DNA of 57,279 bases from a virus (Duplodnaviria > Caudoviricetes). The stretch spans positions 1-57,279 of IMG/VR virus record IMGVR_UViG_3300042309_002674; one strand, given 5' to 3'. Shown piece by piece: positions 17,599-27,926 of the stretch (position 1 is its first letter; each line of letters starts with the position of its first letter). The translations under genes and the position numbers were made by a program. The notes under the pieces are model-generated. The model saw only the letters and a list, made by a program, of their open reading frames with translations, searched no databases and was not told where the DNA came from.

Positions 17599-19503
17599 AT
17601 GGCTATTTGGGCAGGAAATCAACCAGCGAAAGATATAGCAGATGTAAATAAAGAACTGCTAAATCTTCATGGAGAGATTGATGATAGAACAGCTAAAATA
17701 ACTTTGGCAAAATTTTTACGTCATAATATTGGATTTACTTCTCAATTAATTCTTGGAATTAATATGGAGCCAATGCAGGTTATGCATATAAATGCAATGT
17801 TTGAAAAAAACAATTGCATGCTTATTTTTAGTCGTGGCGGTGGTAAGTCTACATTGGCTGGATGGTATTGTATATTAAAATGTATATTTGAGCCTGGTAC
17901 AAGAATAGTTATTGCTTCAGCAAATTTTAGAACTAGTCGTAGAATATTTGAAGAAATTGTTAGGTTATTAAATACGGAAGAGGCGCAATTAGCAAGGTCA
18001 TGTTTTGATAAAAAACCGTATTTGAGAAACGACAAATTTCAGTGGGACGTAAACGGCGGTTATATATGTGCAATTCCACTTTCTGAAGATACTCGCGGTA
18101 TGCGTTGCGATGTTCTTATCCTTGATGAGGTTTTATTGTTATCTCCACAAATGATCAATGATGTTTTAGCACCGTTCCTTTCCTCTCCAAGGGATGCAGC
18201 TTTCAGAATTAAAGTGAGAAAGCTTGAAGATGAATTAATTAAAAATGGAACATTACATCCTAATAATAAAATGATTTTTGAGAATGCAGCGCAAATGATT
18301 TGTTTGTCATCTGCTTCTTATCAGTTTCAGCATTTATATAAAATGTATTCGGATTGGACAGACTTTGTTGAGCGCCCAGACTTATTAACGATGAATTCTA
18401 AAGAAGAAGAGCGGCCTACGTATTTTATATCTCAGATGGGATGGGAGGCCATACCCGCTACAATTCTGAATAGAGAATTTATTCAATCCCAAAGAGCAAG
18501 CATTTCAGAAGATTCGTTTCAAAGAGAATATGGCGCACAATTTCGTGATGGTGGTGATGGATATTTCTCAATGCGAAAAATGAATGAATGCACCATTCCT
18601 GACGGTGAACATCCGCACTCAAAAGTTATTGGCGACCCATTAAAAAAATACATACTTTCCATTGACCCTAATTATTCAAAAAGTGCGTCTTCTGACTTTT
18701 TTGCAATGTCTGTTATAGAAATTGATGAAGAAAAAGAAGAAGGCGTTTTGGTTCATGGATATCAAAGGGTTGGGGCCGATCTTCAAGATCATATAAAATA
18801 TATTTTTTATATATTAACACATTTTAACGTGGTATTGATAATTGCTGATTCATCAAACATAGATACGATTATCGATGCTTGTAATGAAAGTGAGCTTTTT
18901 AAAGGAGCCAATAAAAAAATAACATATATTACAGAGTGGGATTCAACTAAAGATGGTCAGGATCAAGTTGACATGCTTGTCAAAGCAAAGAAACAATATA
19001 GTCCTGACATGGGCTGCATGTGCATCAGGCAAACACCATCAACAGAGTGGATTATGCGATCAAATTCTTATTTACAAGCATGTATTGATCATAAAAAAAT
19101 ATGGTTTGCCTCGCGCGCGAGCAACCACCCAGAATATATGTCTTATATGTTTAATTTAAGAATTCCATTAAAGTTAGTATTTCCTCATGGATCTGGAGTA
19201 ATAGAGGGCGACTCTAAAGAGGACAATAGAAAATTATCAATAAGAGAGTTTATTGAAATTCAAGACGATATTGTACTATCAACAAAAGAGCAATGTGCAA
19301 ATATCGAAGTAACCTCTACCTCCAGAGGCCACCAAAGCTTTGATCTCCCAAGATCGGCAAGAACTTCTACGGCCAATAATAAACCTAGAAAAGATAACTA
19401 CAGCACGCTATTATTAGGCAATTGGGGTATAAAATGTTATTTTGAATTGATTAAAACTCAAGTGCAAATAAAAAGAGAGCAATTTATACCAACACTAATT
19501 TAA
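17599..19503 (+). CDS. terL: Terminase large subunit
   Basis: Walker A SRGGGKS, RG.RCDVLILDE Walker B, LSSA coupling motif, FQREYGAQF, RNase-H-like LSIDP...SDFFAM and C-terminal KDNYS. Confidence 0.9.
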   Translation: MAIWAGNQPAKDIADVNKELLNLHGEIDDRTAKITLAKFLRHNIGFTSQLILGINMEPMQVMHINAMFEKNNCMLIFSRGGGKSTLAGWYCILKCIFEPGTRIVIASANFRTSRRIFEEIVRLLNTEEAQLARSCFDKKPYLRNDKFQWDVNGGYICAIPLSEDTRGMRCDVLILDEVLLLSPQMINDVLAPFLSSPRDAAFRIKVRKLEDELIKNGTLHPNNKMIFENAAQMICLSSASYQFQHLYKMYSDWTDFVERPDLLTMNSKEEERPTYFISQMGWEAIPATILNREFIQSQRASISEDSFQREYGAQFRDGGDGYFSMRKMNECTIPDGEHPHSKVIGDPLKKYILSIDPNYSKSASSDFFAMSVIEIDEEKEEGVLVHGYQRVGADLQDHIKYIFYILTHFNVVLIIADSSNIDTIIDACNESELFKGANKKITYITEWDSTKDGQDQVDMLVKAKKQYSPDMGCMCIRQTPSTEWIMRSNSYLQACIDHKKIWFASRASNHPEYMSYMFNLRIPLKLVFPHGSGVIEGDSKEDNRKLSIREFIEIQDDIVLSTKEQCANIEVTSTSRGHQSFDLPRSARTSTANNKPRKDNYSTLLLGNWGIKCYFELIKTQVQIKREQFIPTLI

Positions 19504-19541
19504 TTTAATTTTTAAATAAAATGAATTTCAGAATACATTAC

Positions 19542-19547
19542 TGTAAT
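19542..19547 (+). promoter_or_regulatory. Putative late promoter motif TGTAAT
   Basis: In the terL-portal gap, 12 nt before ATG 19560. Confidence 0.5.
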
Positions 19548-19559
19548 AAATAACTGCAT

Positions 19560-21455
19560 ATGATATCTAAAAAGGGTACAAGGTCTAAAAAGAATAAAAA
19601 GGAGATTTCGGAGCCACTAACAGCTAGCTTGGATGATTATGATAAGCTAATTGGGTCTTGCGATACAACTCCTGAAAGAGGCTCAAGGGCAAATTCGGCT
19701 GGTAGCATAACCAGAATTCAGAGATTTGCAAACCTTGAAGCTGGAGTCGCGCCATTTTTATATGAAAAAAATGGCGGCAGATATTCAACTAATATTTCTT
19801 TACAGGATACAATTCTTTTGTGTCAAAAAGCTTACTGGAATGTGCCTATTTTTAGAAATACAATTGATCTAATGACTGAATTTGCAATTTCTGATATTGT
19901 ATTTTCAGGCGGAAATAAAGAGTCAAGAAATTTTTTCAATGCATGGGCTGAAAAAATTAATTTGTGGCAATTATCAGATATGTTTTTTCGTGAATATTTT
20001 CGTAGCGGAAATGTTTTTATTTATAAATTGTTTGGCGAATTTCCAAGAGAAAGTTTAAGAAAACTTCAGCAAATGAATATTGCTGAAGCGGCTTTAAAGA
20101 TTCCTTTAAAATATATTATATTGAATCCATATGATATACAAGTATTAGCATCCTCCAGCTTTACTGCGCCAATATACAGAAAAAGATTAAACTCATTTGA
20201 GTTAGGGGCATTAATGCGCCCATCGAATGATGAAGACAAAAAAATAGCATCTACTATACCAGAACTTAAAAATATCAAAAATGGAAATCAATCTTTAGAA
20301 ATTTCTCTAGACTCTGATCGTCTTGTTAGCGTTTTTTATAAAAAGCAAGATTATGAACCGCTCGCTGTTCCTATGGGATTTCCTGTTTTAGAAGATATTA
20401 ATTGGAAGCTTGAGCTTAAAAAGGTTGATATGGCTGTTTCTAGAACTATACAGCAGGCAGTACTTCTTATAACTCAAGGCGATGAAGAGCTTGGGCCACC
20501 AAGCCAAAAAAGCCAAGAAGTGCTTCGTAAAATTTTTGAAAATGGTAGCGTCGGTAGAGTTCTTATTGCTGACTATACAACTAAAGCTCAATTTGTTATT
20601 CCACAAATTGGTGATATTCTTGATCCAAAAAAATATGAAATAGTTGATAAAGATATAAGACTTGGTCTTAATAATATTATATTTGGAGATGATAAATATG
20701 CAAATGCAAGTGCAAAAATGGACGCTTTCTTTAAAAGGCTTGAGTTTGCAAGGCAAGAATTCATGACAAAATTTTTAGTACCTCAAGTTCGTGATATCGC
20801 AAAAACAATGAACTTTAAATCTGTTCCGGTTCCAAAATGGAAAACTCATAATTTTAGAAATGATTCTGCTGTTCTTTCAAGAGTATATACAAGACTTCTC
20901 GAGCTTGGCGCAATATCTCCAAAAGATGCAATTTCGGCTATTAATACAAATGTGTTGCCTGAGCCTTATGAGCTTGCGGAATCTCAAAAAGAAATGATTT
21001 CTGAAAAAGAACAAGGATTTTACGAACCGCTTTTAAACCCAAAGCAAAATGTTGGTCAATCTGGTAGGCCAGCAGCAACACCAGCAAAGCAAACTACTCA
21101 AAAAATTACACCAGTTGGACAAAAGTCTGTTGCATCTTACAAGTTTAGTACAACTCTAATGACTTCAGTTATTAAAGAGAAAGAAGAATTAGAAAATTTA
21201 GTTTCAGATGCGTTAAAGAAAAAATATAAAATAAAAAGATTGAATAGCGCTCAAAAGCTTATTGCTTCAGATATAACAAATATTATTATATCTTCAGAGG
21301 AGAAGCCAAAATGGAAAGTAAAAATTAATGAATATATTAATAATCCAGTATCTGATATAATAAATAATAATATTACTAAAGATATTTTTGATATAGCTGC
21401 CTATCACGAAATTGGACAGAATGAGGCTGCCATTCTTTACCATTCTAAAAAATAA
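19560..21455 (+). CDS. Portal protein
   Basis: 631 aa immediately after ter[30 protein letters not shown] and LNPYDI patterns resemble portal wing/stem elements. Confidence 0.78.
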   Translation: MISKKGTRSKKNKKEISEPLTASLDDYDKLIGSCDTTPERGSRANSAGSITRIQRFANLEAGVAPFLYEKNGGRYSTNISLQDTILLCQKAYWNVPIFRNTIDLMTEFAISDIVFSGGNKESRNFFNAWAEKINLWQLSDMFFREYFRSGNVFIYKLFGEFPRESLRKLQQMNIAEAALKIPLKYIILNPYDIQVLASSSFTAPIYRKRLNSFELGALMRPSNDEDKKIASTIPELKNIKNGNQSLEISLDSDRLVSVFYKKQDYEPLAVPMGFPVLEDINWKLELKKVDMAVSRTIQQAVLLITQGDEELGPPSQKSQEVLRKIFENGSVGRVLIADYTTKAQFVIPQIGDILDPKKYEIVDKDIRLGLNNIIFGDDKYANASAKMDAFFKRLEFARQEFMTKFLVPQVRDIAKTMNFKSVPVPKWKTHNFRNDSAVLSRVYTRLLELGAISPKDAISAINTNVLPEPYELAESQKEMISEKEQGFYEPLLNPKQNVGQSGRPAATPAKQTTQKITPVGQKSVASYKFSTTLMTSVIKEKEELENLVSDALKKKYKIKRLNSAQKLIASDITNIIISSEEKPKWKVKINEYINNPVSDIINNNITKDIFDIAAYHEIGQNEAAILYHSKK

Positions 21456-22879
21456 TGAGAACTTTAATTCGAGCCTCACAACTTCATCCAGATATTTCTG
21501 GTTTGGTGATAAACTATACTAGCGGTATATATCCTGCATTTAGCAATATATCTGGCGTGTCCGGAATTAGCGCTATTATCAGTGGTTCTTATTTGTTTAT
21601 TGCTCCGGACGGAAATGAAAATGTATCGGAAATTAACAATTTAACCGGCAGTCTATTTTTGACTGGCGAGAGTGGCGTTTATGTAAAACTAAATGGGCAA
21701 AATATTACAGTTGGTTATTCGGGTGGTGGTGGTGCTGGTACTGTAAAAAATATATCTGGATACGGCAATATCGATGTATGGCCAGCTAATGATTCTACTT
21801 TTATAATAAGTGGAATTTCAATAACTGGAACTAATGGCATAGAAACTTCTTATAATCCATATAAGACTTTATTGACAGTTAAAGGTGCTGGTATTGGAAC
21901 GTTAAATAGCATTACTGGAAATATTAATTTAATAGGAAATAATGGCGCGAATATAACAACTAGCGGTCAGTTTATATATATAAATACTGCACAGGCAGCC
22001 TCATCTGGAGTCAATTCTATAAATACATTAAGAAATGGTGGAGTTTCTTTAATTGCTGGAACAGATATTGATATTAATACGGTTACTGGATCTAAAACAA
22101 TTATAGTTTCTTATTCCGGAAATGGCTGGGGAAATAGTAATGTAAATTTGGGTACAAACTCTGATACAAATTATATAGGTAATGATAATATTTTTCAAGA
22201 TACAACAGAGTCTTTTATTTTAGGAAACTCAAACCATATTGATAGCGGATCTGCTGTTTATATTTTAGGCTCGCAAAGTTCCAGATATAATTTAGCTGCT
22301 CATTCTACATTTATAAATACTACTGGTAGTTATCTTGGCTCATTAACAGGATCGACAGTAATAAATGGGATTATAAATAACTCTGTTCTTAAGCACCCTT
22401 ATTCTTTTTCTGTTGGTGGTTCTGTTGATAATACATTCACTAACAATTTTTCAATGAAAGCTTTTCTTTCTGGAAAGCAAGTAATGAAACCATTTGTCGT
22501 GCCAAAGACAAAATATTCTGGTATTTATATGTCAACAGGATCTATATTATTTGGAGAAATTAATTATGTTGCCGTAAGATATGATGTCACGAATTTTGAA
22601 GCAAGTTTTGATGCTAAAGATTTTGGAATATATGGAAAGAAAAATTTTATGGCTCAAAGAGCTACAAATTTACAAGTTCAAGTTAGAGATGAGTCAGATT
22701 TGTTTGGCGGAATAGATAAGTATGGAATATTTTTGAGCGGAGGTAATGATGAAAACTTGTATTTATGGGCTAGTGGGTATTCCGGTAATGATCCTGGCGA
22801 TGGTCTCGATGGCGTTCATGATGTTATCTTTATAGCAAATTTGAATTTTGTTAATTTTGGCATATCTCCATATTTATAA
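21455..22879 (+). CDS. Putative virion fibre/structural protein
   Basis: 474 aa, rich in G/S/T/N/I. Repeated V.SIN.LTG...L.G..G..I units and a beta-helix-like N..IG stretch. Confidence 0.55.
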   Translation: MRTLIRASQLHPDISGLVINYTSGIYPAFSNISGVSGISAIISGSYLFIAPDGNENVSEINNLTGSLFLTGESGVYVKLNGQNITVGYSGGGGAGTVKNISGYGNIDVWPANDSTFIISGISITGTNGIETSYNPYKTLLTVKGAGIGTLNSITGNINLIGNNGANITTSGQFIYINTAQAASSGVNSINTLRNGGVSLIAGTDIDINTVTGSKTIIVSYSGNGWGNSNVNLGTNSDTNYIGNDNIFQDTTESFILGNSNHIDSGSAVYILGSQSSRYNLAAHSTFINTTGSYLGSLTGSTVINGIINNSVLKHPYSFSVGGSVDNTFTNNFSMKAFLSGKQVMKPFVVPKTKYSGIYMSTGSILFGEINYVAVRYDVTNFEASFDAKDFGIYGKKNFMAQRATNLQVQVRDESDLFGGIDKYGIFLSGGNDENLYLWASGYSGNDPGDGLDGVHDVIFIANLNFVNFGISPYL

Positions 22880-22884
22880 TTTTG

Positions 22885-24717
22885 ATGAAAAAACTAATCA
22901 AAACATCTTATTCTAATTTAAATATTGCCTCTTTATATATGAGCGGCAGTCATGTTAAATTAGATGATTGGAAAGAAACTTTATTAATTGATGGTAGGCC
23001 ACTTGCTGTTCCTGGAGCAAATCCATTTATTGTTCTACCCTCAGAGATTGGACTTCAACCGCCAAGTTATTTTGCATCTTTTCCATATACAGGGCTTTCG
23101 CTATATGAAGAATACACGGCAACATCATATATAGTTACTGGATGGAGCGTATCTTTAGGAAAGAGTGGTTTGGGGCCTGCCCATGCCGACCCATTAAATC
23201 CAAGCCAGTTATTGTTCGGCCCACTTACTGGAGATTTTTACACAAGAAGCTTAACTGATCCAAATAGCAAAACTACAATAACTCCGTTTTGGATTAATTC
23301 TGGTCAATTTTTTAATTCTGGATTTATACCAGAAACTACAATAAGTGGCGATACTATTATTGGATGGAATGTATATTCGGGCCTGTCTGGGGCTGAAGAC
23401 TTGATAGTTTCATTAAGGGGCAGATATAATGACATAAATGAAGCTAATGTTAGCGATGGTGTTATAATGAGCAGTGGTGATTCTGCGATATCTTTTTTCT
23501 TAGAATATGGATCTATAACAGGTGAAACAATTCTTGAATATTATACGCCAAATGAATTTATAGCAACAAGATGGGGGGTTTATTCGGCATCTACTGGGTC
23601 AAGCACTATAGGCAATGGCGATCCGTTAATAATACAAGAACCGTTAAGTGGAAGATTCTATTATCGTGATCCAAAATCTTCTAGCAGAACAACTATAACT
23701 AGCTTTACGATGCCAACTGGCACATTTGCCTCTTTCAGCTTAATAGGTCAAGATAAAAATATATTGCCAAGACAAATTGTTGGTATTGACATTTATAAAG
23801 GTTTAAATAATTTAACAAATTTACATATTGTTCTTGGCGGTAGAGCTATTGCTTCTGCGAATTATATAAAAAATGTAGTTACAAAAGATATTTTTGATAT
23901 TTTTTCTGGACAAGTAACTGCAACATTAAATACTGGCATTCAAATCATATCAGGAAATGTAGATACTTTTTCTGGACAAATGACTGGTGATTTTTATGCC
24001 CTTTCTGGTTTTCTAACTGGACTTATTCAAGCTGGAAATTCTGGAGTTACAAGTATAAATGGCTCTTTTGGCGCAGTTTATTTTGATGGAGTAAGCGGTA
24101 TTAAGGTTGCTGGTGGCTACCCTTCACAAAGCATTTCTATAGAATATACTAGTGGTAATTTTAATAATATTGATTTTTCTCCAAATCTTGACACCACAAT
24201 TCCATATAAAGAAGGTAGGATTTATTATAGTGAAGATACAAAGACATTTAATGCCTTTTTAGATAAGCCAGACGTTACTTTAAATATTGGACAAGAGCAA
24301 TATATTAGAGCGGTTAACAAGTCAAACGCCACGATAGATAATGGAATGGTTGTTTATATCTCGGGAACTCAAGGAAATAGGCCGAAAATTTGGCCAGCAA
24401 TTGCAAGCAATGATTATCACACTTCTCATTTGATTGGAGTAGCAACTCATAATATTTTAAATAATGAAGAGGGATTAATTACAACATTTGGGGCCGTTGG
24501 CGGAATAAATACATCAAATTACGCTGCTGGTGATATATTATATTTATCCAATACGTCTGCTGGAAATTTAACAAAAGATCCTGTGGGCGGAAAAAGAATT
24601 AAAATTGCGTATGCTTTAAATTCTACTAATGATGGAAAAATACTTGTAATAAAGCCTGAAGAAGAAATTGACAATTATTTAACAATTAGAAATTTAACAC
24701 TTTTAAGATATATTTAA
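22885..24717 (+). CDS. Putative virion structural protein, paralog family C, with C-terminal fibre-type domain
   Basis: Two family C domains, then TLNIGQEQY..AVNK.....NGMVVYISG...IGVAT.....EGLITTFG.V.GINTS...GD.LYLS, a pattern common in phage fibre proteins. Confidence 0.6.
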   Translation: MKKLIKTSYSNLNIASLYMSGSHVKLDDWKETLLIDGRPLAVPGANPFIVLPSEIGLQPPSYFASFPYTGLSLYEEYTATSYIVTGWSVSLGKSGLGPAHADPLNPSQLLFGPLTGDFYTRSLTDPNSKTTITPFWINSGQFFNSGFIPETTISGDTIIGWNVYSGLSGAEDLIVSLRGRYNDINEANVSDGVIMSSGDSAISFFLEYGSITGETILEYYTPNEFIATRWGVYSASTGSSTIGNGDPLIIQEPLSGRFYYRDPKSSSRTTITSFTMPTGTFASFSLIGQDKNILPRQIVGIDIYKGLNNLTNLHIVLGGRAIASANYIKNVVTKDIFDIFSGQVTATLNTGIQIISGNVDTFSGQMTGDFYALSGFLTGLIQAGNSGVTSINGSFGAVYFDGVSGIKVAGGYPSQSISIEYTSGNFNNIDFSPNLDTTIPYKEGRIYYSEDTKTFNAFLDKPDVTLNIGQEQYIRAVNKSNATIDNGMVVYISGTQGNRPKIWPAIASNDYHTSHLIGVATHNILNNEEGLITTFGAVGGINTSNYAAGDILYLSNTSAGNLTKDPVGGKRIKIAYALNSTNDGKILVIKPEEEIDNYLTIRNLTLLRYI

Positions 24718-24734
24718 TGTAAGGATTATATAAT

Positions 24735-25190
24735 ATGCCAAAACAAACATCACTTTTTTTAACTAAAGAAATAATAAACGCTGGACAGACATTTACTGCT
24801 TTTGGAGAAAGTGGGGTTTATAAAACTATTTTTACAGCTGGAAATGATGATAGTTTAGTTAAATCAATAAACGTTATCGCTACAGTAACTGGTGCTGTTG
24901 CCCCAGCCACATTAACAATACCGATGCAGTTTGCTATTTCCGGCGCAAATAGAAATGAACCAACGTTAATACATCCATTTACAACAGTTAGCATTCCGCC
25001 AATGGCAGGCTCTGGAGCAACGCCACCGATAGATGTTCTCTCTGCAAGCGGATCTCCAGCATATCCAATAGACAGTGCTGGCAAAAGATATTATCCAGTT
25101 GAATCAGGAGCGCAGTTAGTTGCAAGATATATGAATAATTTAGGTCTTAATGGTCAGATTACAGTTACTGTTATTGCTGAAAATTATTAA
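24735..25190 (+). CDS. Hypothetical (likely structural) protein
   Basis: 151-aa beta-rich ORF within the structural block. Confidence 0.55.
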   Translation: MPKQTSLFLTKEIINAGQTFTAFGESGVYKTIFTAGNDDSLVKSINVIATVTGAVAPATLTIPMQFAISGANRNEPTLIHPFTTVSIPPMAGSGATPPIDVLSASGSPAYPIDSAGKRYYPVESGAQLVARYMNNLGLNGQITVTVIAENY

Positions 25191-25195
25191 ACTAT

Positions 25196-25942
25196 ATGAG
25201 CAGTCTATTGGCAAGGCTAGGCGGCTCGTTAAATAATGGGCTATATAGTGGTCCTTCAGGTGGGGTTGGAAAGCCATTAATACAGGTTCCGTTTGGCAAA
25301 TCTAAATCTAAATCTAAAGATCCATTTTTTGATAATGTTTCTATTTTATTAAAAATGAATGGTCTGAATAATAGTAATATTTTTACAGATGCTTCTTTAA
25401 ATAATAATATTGTAACTGCAGTTTCAAATGCAAGAATATCTACAGCTTTTAATAGGGTAGATTTTGAGCAGTCATTGTTTTTGCCAGCAGATGGTTCTAG
25501 ACTAAATTGGCAAAATAGTTCGCTTTTTGCTTTCGGAGTTGGAGATTTAACAGTTGAGTTTTGGGTTTATAGAACCACGTCCCCACAATTTGTAAGATTT
25601 ATGGGTGGAGGATCTTGGGGTATAGAACTTGGAGCAACCGGATCAAACACAAAATGGGGCTCTCCAGCTGGAGAGCGAATATTGACTCCTGCCCCACCAG
25701 CCAATCAATGGGTTCATGTTGCTTTTTCTAGAGCGGCTGGTATAATTCGTGTTTTTTACAATGGAGTTTTGCAGGCAAGCAATACAGACTCTGGAGATAT
25801 AAATTCAACCACAGGAACGATTTATTTAGGCGCAGACAATAGCGGGACATTTCCATTTGGTGGATATGTGGATGAATTGAGAATAACAAAAGGTATTGCG
25901 CGTTATATCTCAAACTTTCAAATGCCAACTGAGCCATTTTAG
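25196..25942 (+). CDS. LamG/concanavalin A-like lectin domain protein
   Basis: DPFFDNVSILL, FGVGDLTVEFWV, NQWVHVAFSR, FYNGV and GYVDELRITKGIARY are typical LamG-like phage domain motifs. Confidence 0.85.
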   Translation: MSSLLARLGGSLNNGLYSGPSGGVGKPLIQVPFGKSKSKSKDPFFDNVSILLKMNGLNNSNIFTDASLNNNIVTAVSNARISTAFNRVDFEQSLFLPADGSRLNWQNSSLFAFGVGDLTVEFWVYRTTSPQFVRFMGGGSWGIELGATGSNTKWGSPAGERILTPAPPANQWVHVAFSRAAGIIRVFYNGVLQASNTDSGDINSTTGTIYLGADNSGTFPFGGYVDELRITKGIARYISNFQMPTEPF

Positions 25943-25948
25943 TGTAAT
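25943..25948 (+). promoter_or_regulatory. Putative late promoter motif TGTAAT
   Basis: GTGTAATAAATA, 14 nt before ATG 25963. Confidence 0.5.
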
Positions 25949-25962
25949 AAATAAATAATATT

Positions 25963-26265
25963 ATGAGCGATTTCTTAAACACAATACATCTTTTAACAGG
26001 ACAGCAGGCTCCATTTACTGGTCAATGGGCAGAAATTGGTCGTAGTCGTGAAAATCTATTTAGCGCATTTGGAACTACATCTGGCACAGTCAAATTACAG
26101 TATAGAAGTCCATTTTTTATAGATCAGGGCATTCCATTCTATGATATCGAATTAAGTGGATCTGGGTATGCAACGCCTGTTTTTTCAACCTCTCCAATGG
26201 GAGAGGTTAGAGCAATATCAAGTGGTAATGGCGCTTATTGGTGCGCAATCACTCAACAAAATTAA
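25963..26265 (+). CDS. Small hypothetical (likely structural) protein
   Basis: 100-aa ORF joined to the next gene by TAA-T-ATG. Confidence 0.6.
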   Translation: MSDFLNTIHLLTGQQAPFTGQWAEIGRSRENLFSAFGTTSGTVKLQYRSPFFIDQGIPFYDIELSGSGYATPVFSTSPMGEVRAISSGNGAYWCAITQQN

Positions 26266-26266
26266 T

Positions 26267-27865
26267 ATGGCTAAAAGAAGTAAAAAATTAGAAGAATGTC
26301 CATTCCATGTTCGTTTTGATAGTATTCAAATCAAAGCGGTTTCAATGGACAAAGAAGATCTTCAATATATAGCTAAGGCAAGCGCCGATAAGCTTAAAAA
26401 TTTACTTCCAAAAGATTTTGATTTTGAATCAAGCTATGATATTTTAGGTGTTGCTTTTAATGCTTACACTCCAAATCTTGGCAACAAAAACGGCCATATG
26501 ATTTCTGGAGAAAAGGGTATTGCTATTGCAAAAAGCTTTAAAGGAAAATACATTAATATTGAACATGAAAGAAAAAATGTAGTTGGTTGTATTACTGACT
26601 ATGGTTTTTCTTCATTTCCAGATGATCAGCCTATAGCAGAAGCCACCGCGAGAGAATTAGCTTCAGAAGGAAAAGTATTCAACGTTGTTCTTTCTGGTAT
26701 TATATGGAGAGCAGTAAATCCTGATTTTGCTGATGCCGTATCAGAGTCTGGAGATGCCGCTTCGGATAAGTTTGGTTCTATTTCTGCTTCATGGGAGGTT
26801 GCTTTTAAAGAGTTCAATATTGCCAAGGGGTCAAAATACCTAAAGGAATGCGAAATTGTTGATGAAGAATCAGCTATTGGTGAATTAAAGGGACGCCTTA
26901 AAACTTTTGGCGGTAATGGTGCCGATGAAGAAGGTAATCCAGTATATTTAAATTTAAAAGGCGAAACTATTTTAAGCCTTGGTATTGGATTAACTGAAAC
27001 TCCAGCAGCTGAAGTTAAGGGTATTATTACCACAGACAATTCAAATGAAGAGTCTGTAGACCTTAAACTTGTAAAGGTTGGATCTGAAGAAGAAGAAAAA
27101 AAATGTGATAAAATTCATTTAGAAAATGTAATAAAAGAGGAAGCATCAATTAATTTAATTATGAAAATAACAGACATCAAAGATATCAATGAAAATTCTA
27201 TGAAAGAACTTTCAGCATCAGCAGTAACTGATTTTATTGCTGAAAAAATCGCAGAAAATTCAGAATCATGGAAAAAACAAGTCGATGAAAAAGAAGCACT
27301 TGCAACAAATCTCAATGATCAAATTGCCCAATTGCAAGCACAATTAGATGAGCTAAAAAAATCAAAAGAAGATTCAGAGGTAGCTCTTAATGAACTTAAA
27401 AATCAAATCGCCGCTAAAGAAGCTGAAGAAGTATTTCAAGCTCGTATGGCAACTATCGATTCAGAATATGATCTTACAGATGAAGATCGTGAAATTATTG
27501 CTGAAGATCTAAAAGTTGTTGCTAGCGAAGAAGATTTCCAAAAATGGTTCAAGAAATTTTCAACATTGGCATCTGCTAAAAATAAAGCTGCTAAAAAAGC
27601 TATGGCTGAAAAAATGAAAGAAGAAGAAAAAATGAAAATGGCCAAAGCTAGCGAAGAAGAAGTTGCTGCACCAGCAGTAGAAGAAATTGTTGTAACCGAA
27701 GAGGTAAAAGAAGAAGCTAAAGTAGAAGAAGTTGTTACTGAAGCTGTTTCTGAAGCCTCTGTAAAAAATGATGTGGCCAACGCTGCTGGCGCAGTAGAAT
27801 CTTTAAAAGATCGCATGGCTTCTGCATTTGGCGGAGACAACGTAAAAATTAAATTAAATAGATAA
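26267..27865 (+). CDS. Prohead protease fused to scaffold protein
   Basis: Likely start ATG 26267. N-terminal NKNG, INIEH, SASWE and TPA motifs resemble HK97/assemblin-fold maturation proteases. The C-terminal half is an acidic E/A/K coiled coil. It lies upstream of the capsid genes. Confidence 0.8.
   Translation: MAKRSKKLEECPFHVRFDSIQIKAVSMDKEDLQYIAKASADKLKNLLPKDFDFESSYDILGVAFNAYTPNLGNKNGHMISGEKGIAIAKSFKGKYINIEHERKNVVGCITDYGFSSFPDDQPIAEATARELASEGKVFNVVLSGIIWRAVNPDFADAVSESGDAASDKFGSISASWEVAFKEFNIAKGSKYLKECEIVDEESAIGELKGRLKTFGGNGADEEGNPVYLNLKGETILSLGIGLTETPAAEVKGIITTDNSNEESVDLKLVKVGSEEEEKKCDKIHLENVIKEEASINLIMKITDIKDINENSMKELSASAVTDFIAEKIAENSESWKKQVDEKEALATNLNDQIAQLQAQLDELKKSKEDSEVALNELKNQIAAKEAEEVFQARMATIDSEYDLTDEDREIIAEDLKVVASEEDFQKWFKKFSTLASAKNKAAKKAMAEKMKEEEKMKMAKASEEEVAAPAVEEIVVTEEVKEEAKVEEVVTEAVSEASVKNDVANAAGAVESLKDRMASAFGGDNVKIKLNR
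27161..27865 (+). CDS. Putative nested in-frame scaffold protein (internal start)
   Basis: In-frame ATG at 27161 in ATTATG context, preceded by TGTAATA at 27127, exactly at the start of the coiled-coil half. Confidence 0.5.
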   Translation: MKITDIKDINENSMKELSASAVTDFIAEKIAENSESWKKQVDEKEALATNLNDQIAQLQAQLDELKKSKEDSEVALNELKNQIAAKEAEEVFQARMATIDSEYDLTDEDREIIAEDLKVVASEEDFQKWFKKFSTLASAKNKAAKKAMAEKMKEEEKMKMAKASEEEVAAPAVEEIVVTEEVKEEAKVEEVVTEAVSEASVKNDVANAAGAVESLKDRMASAFGGDNVKIKLNR

Positions 27866-27895
27866 AAATTATTTAGGAAAAAAATAAAAATTAAC

Positions 27896-27901
27896 TGTAA
27901 T
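27896..27901 (+). promoter_or_regulatory. Putative late promoter motif TGTAAT
   Basis: CTGTAATATATA, 25 nt before ATG 27927. Confidence 0.55.
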
Positions 27902-27926
27902 ATATACTAAGAAAAAATAAAACACT

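Noticed and set aside
17599-19503. Intein or intron in the terminase
   Set aside because: The length (634 aa) and motif spacing fit an uninterrupted TerL; no splicing motifs.
26156-26266. Longer N-terminal extensions given by the ORF track (26156, 14800, 14367, 12219, 30128, 53703, 48072)
   Set aside because: Most overlap upstream genes or begin at non-ATG codons. Downstream ATGs fit the stop-N-ATG junction pattern or the TGTAAT motif better.
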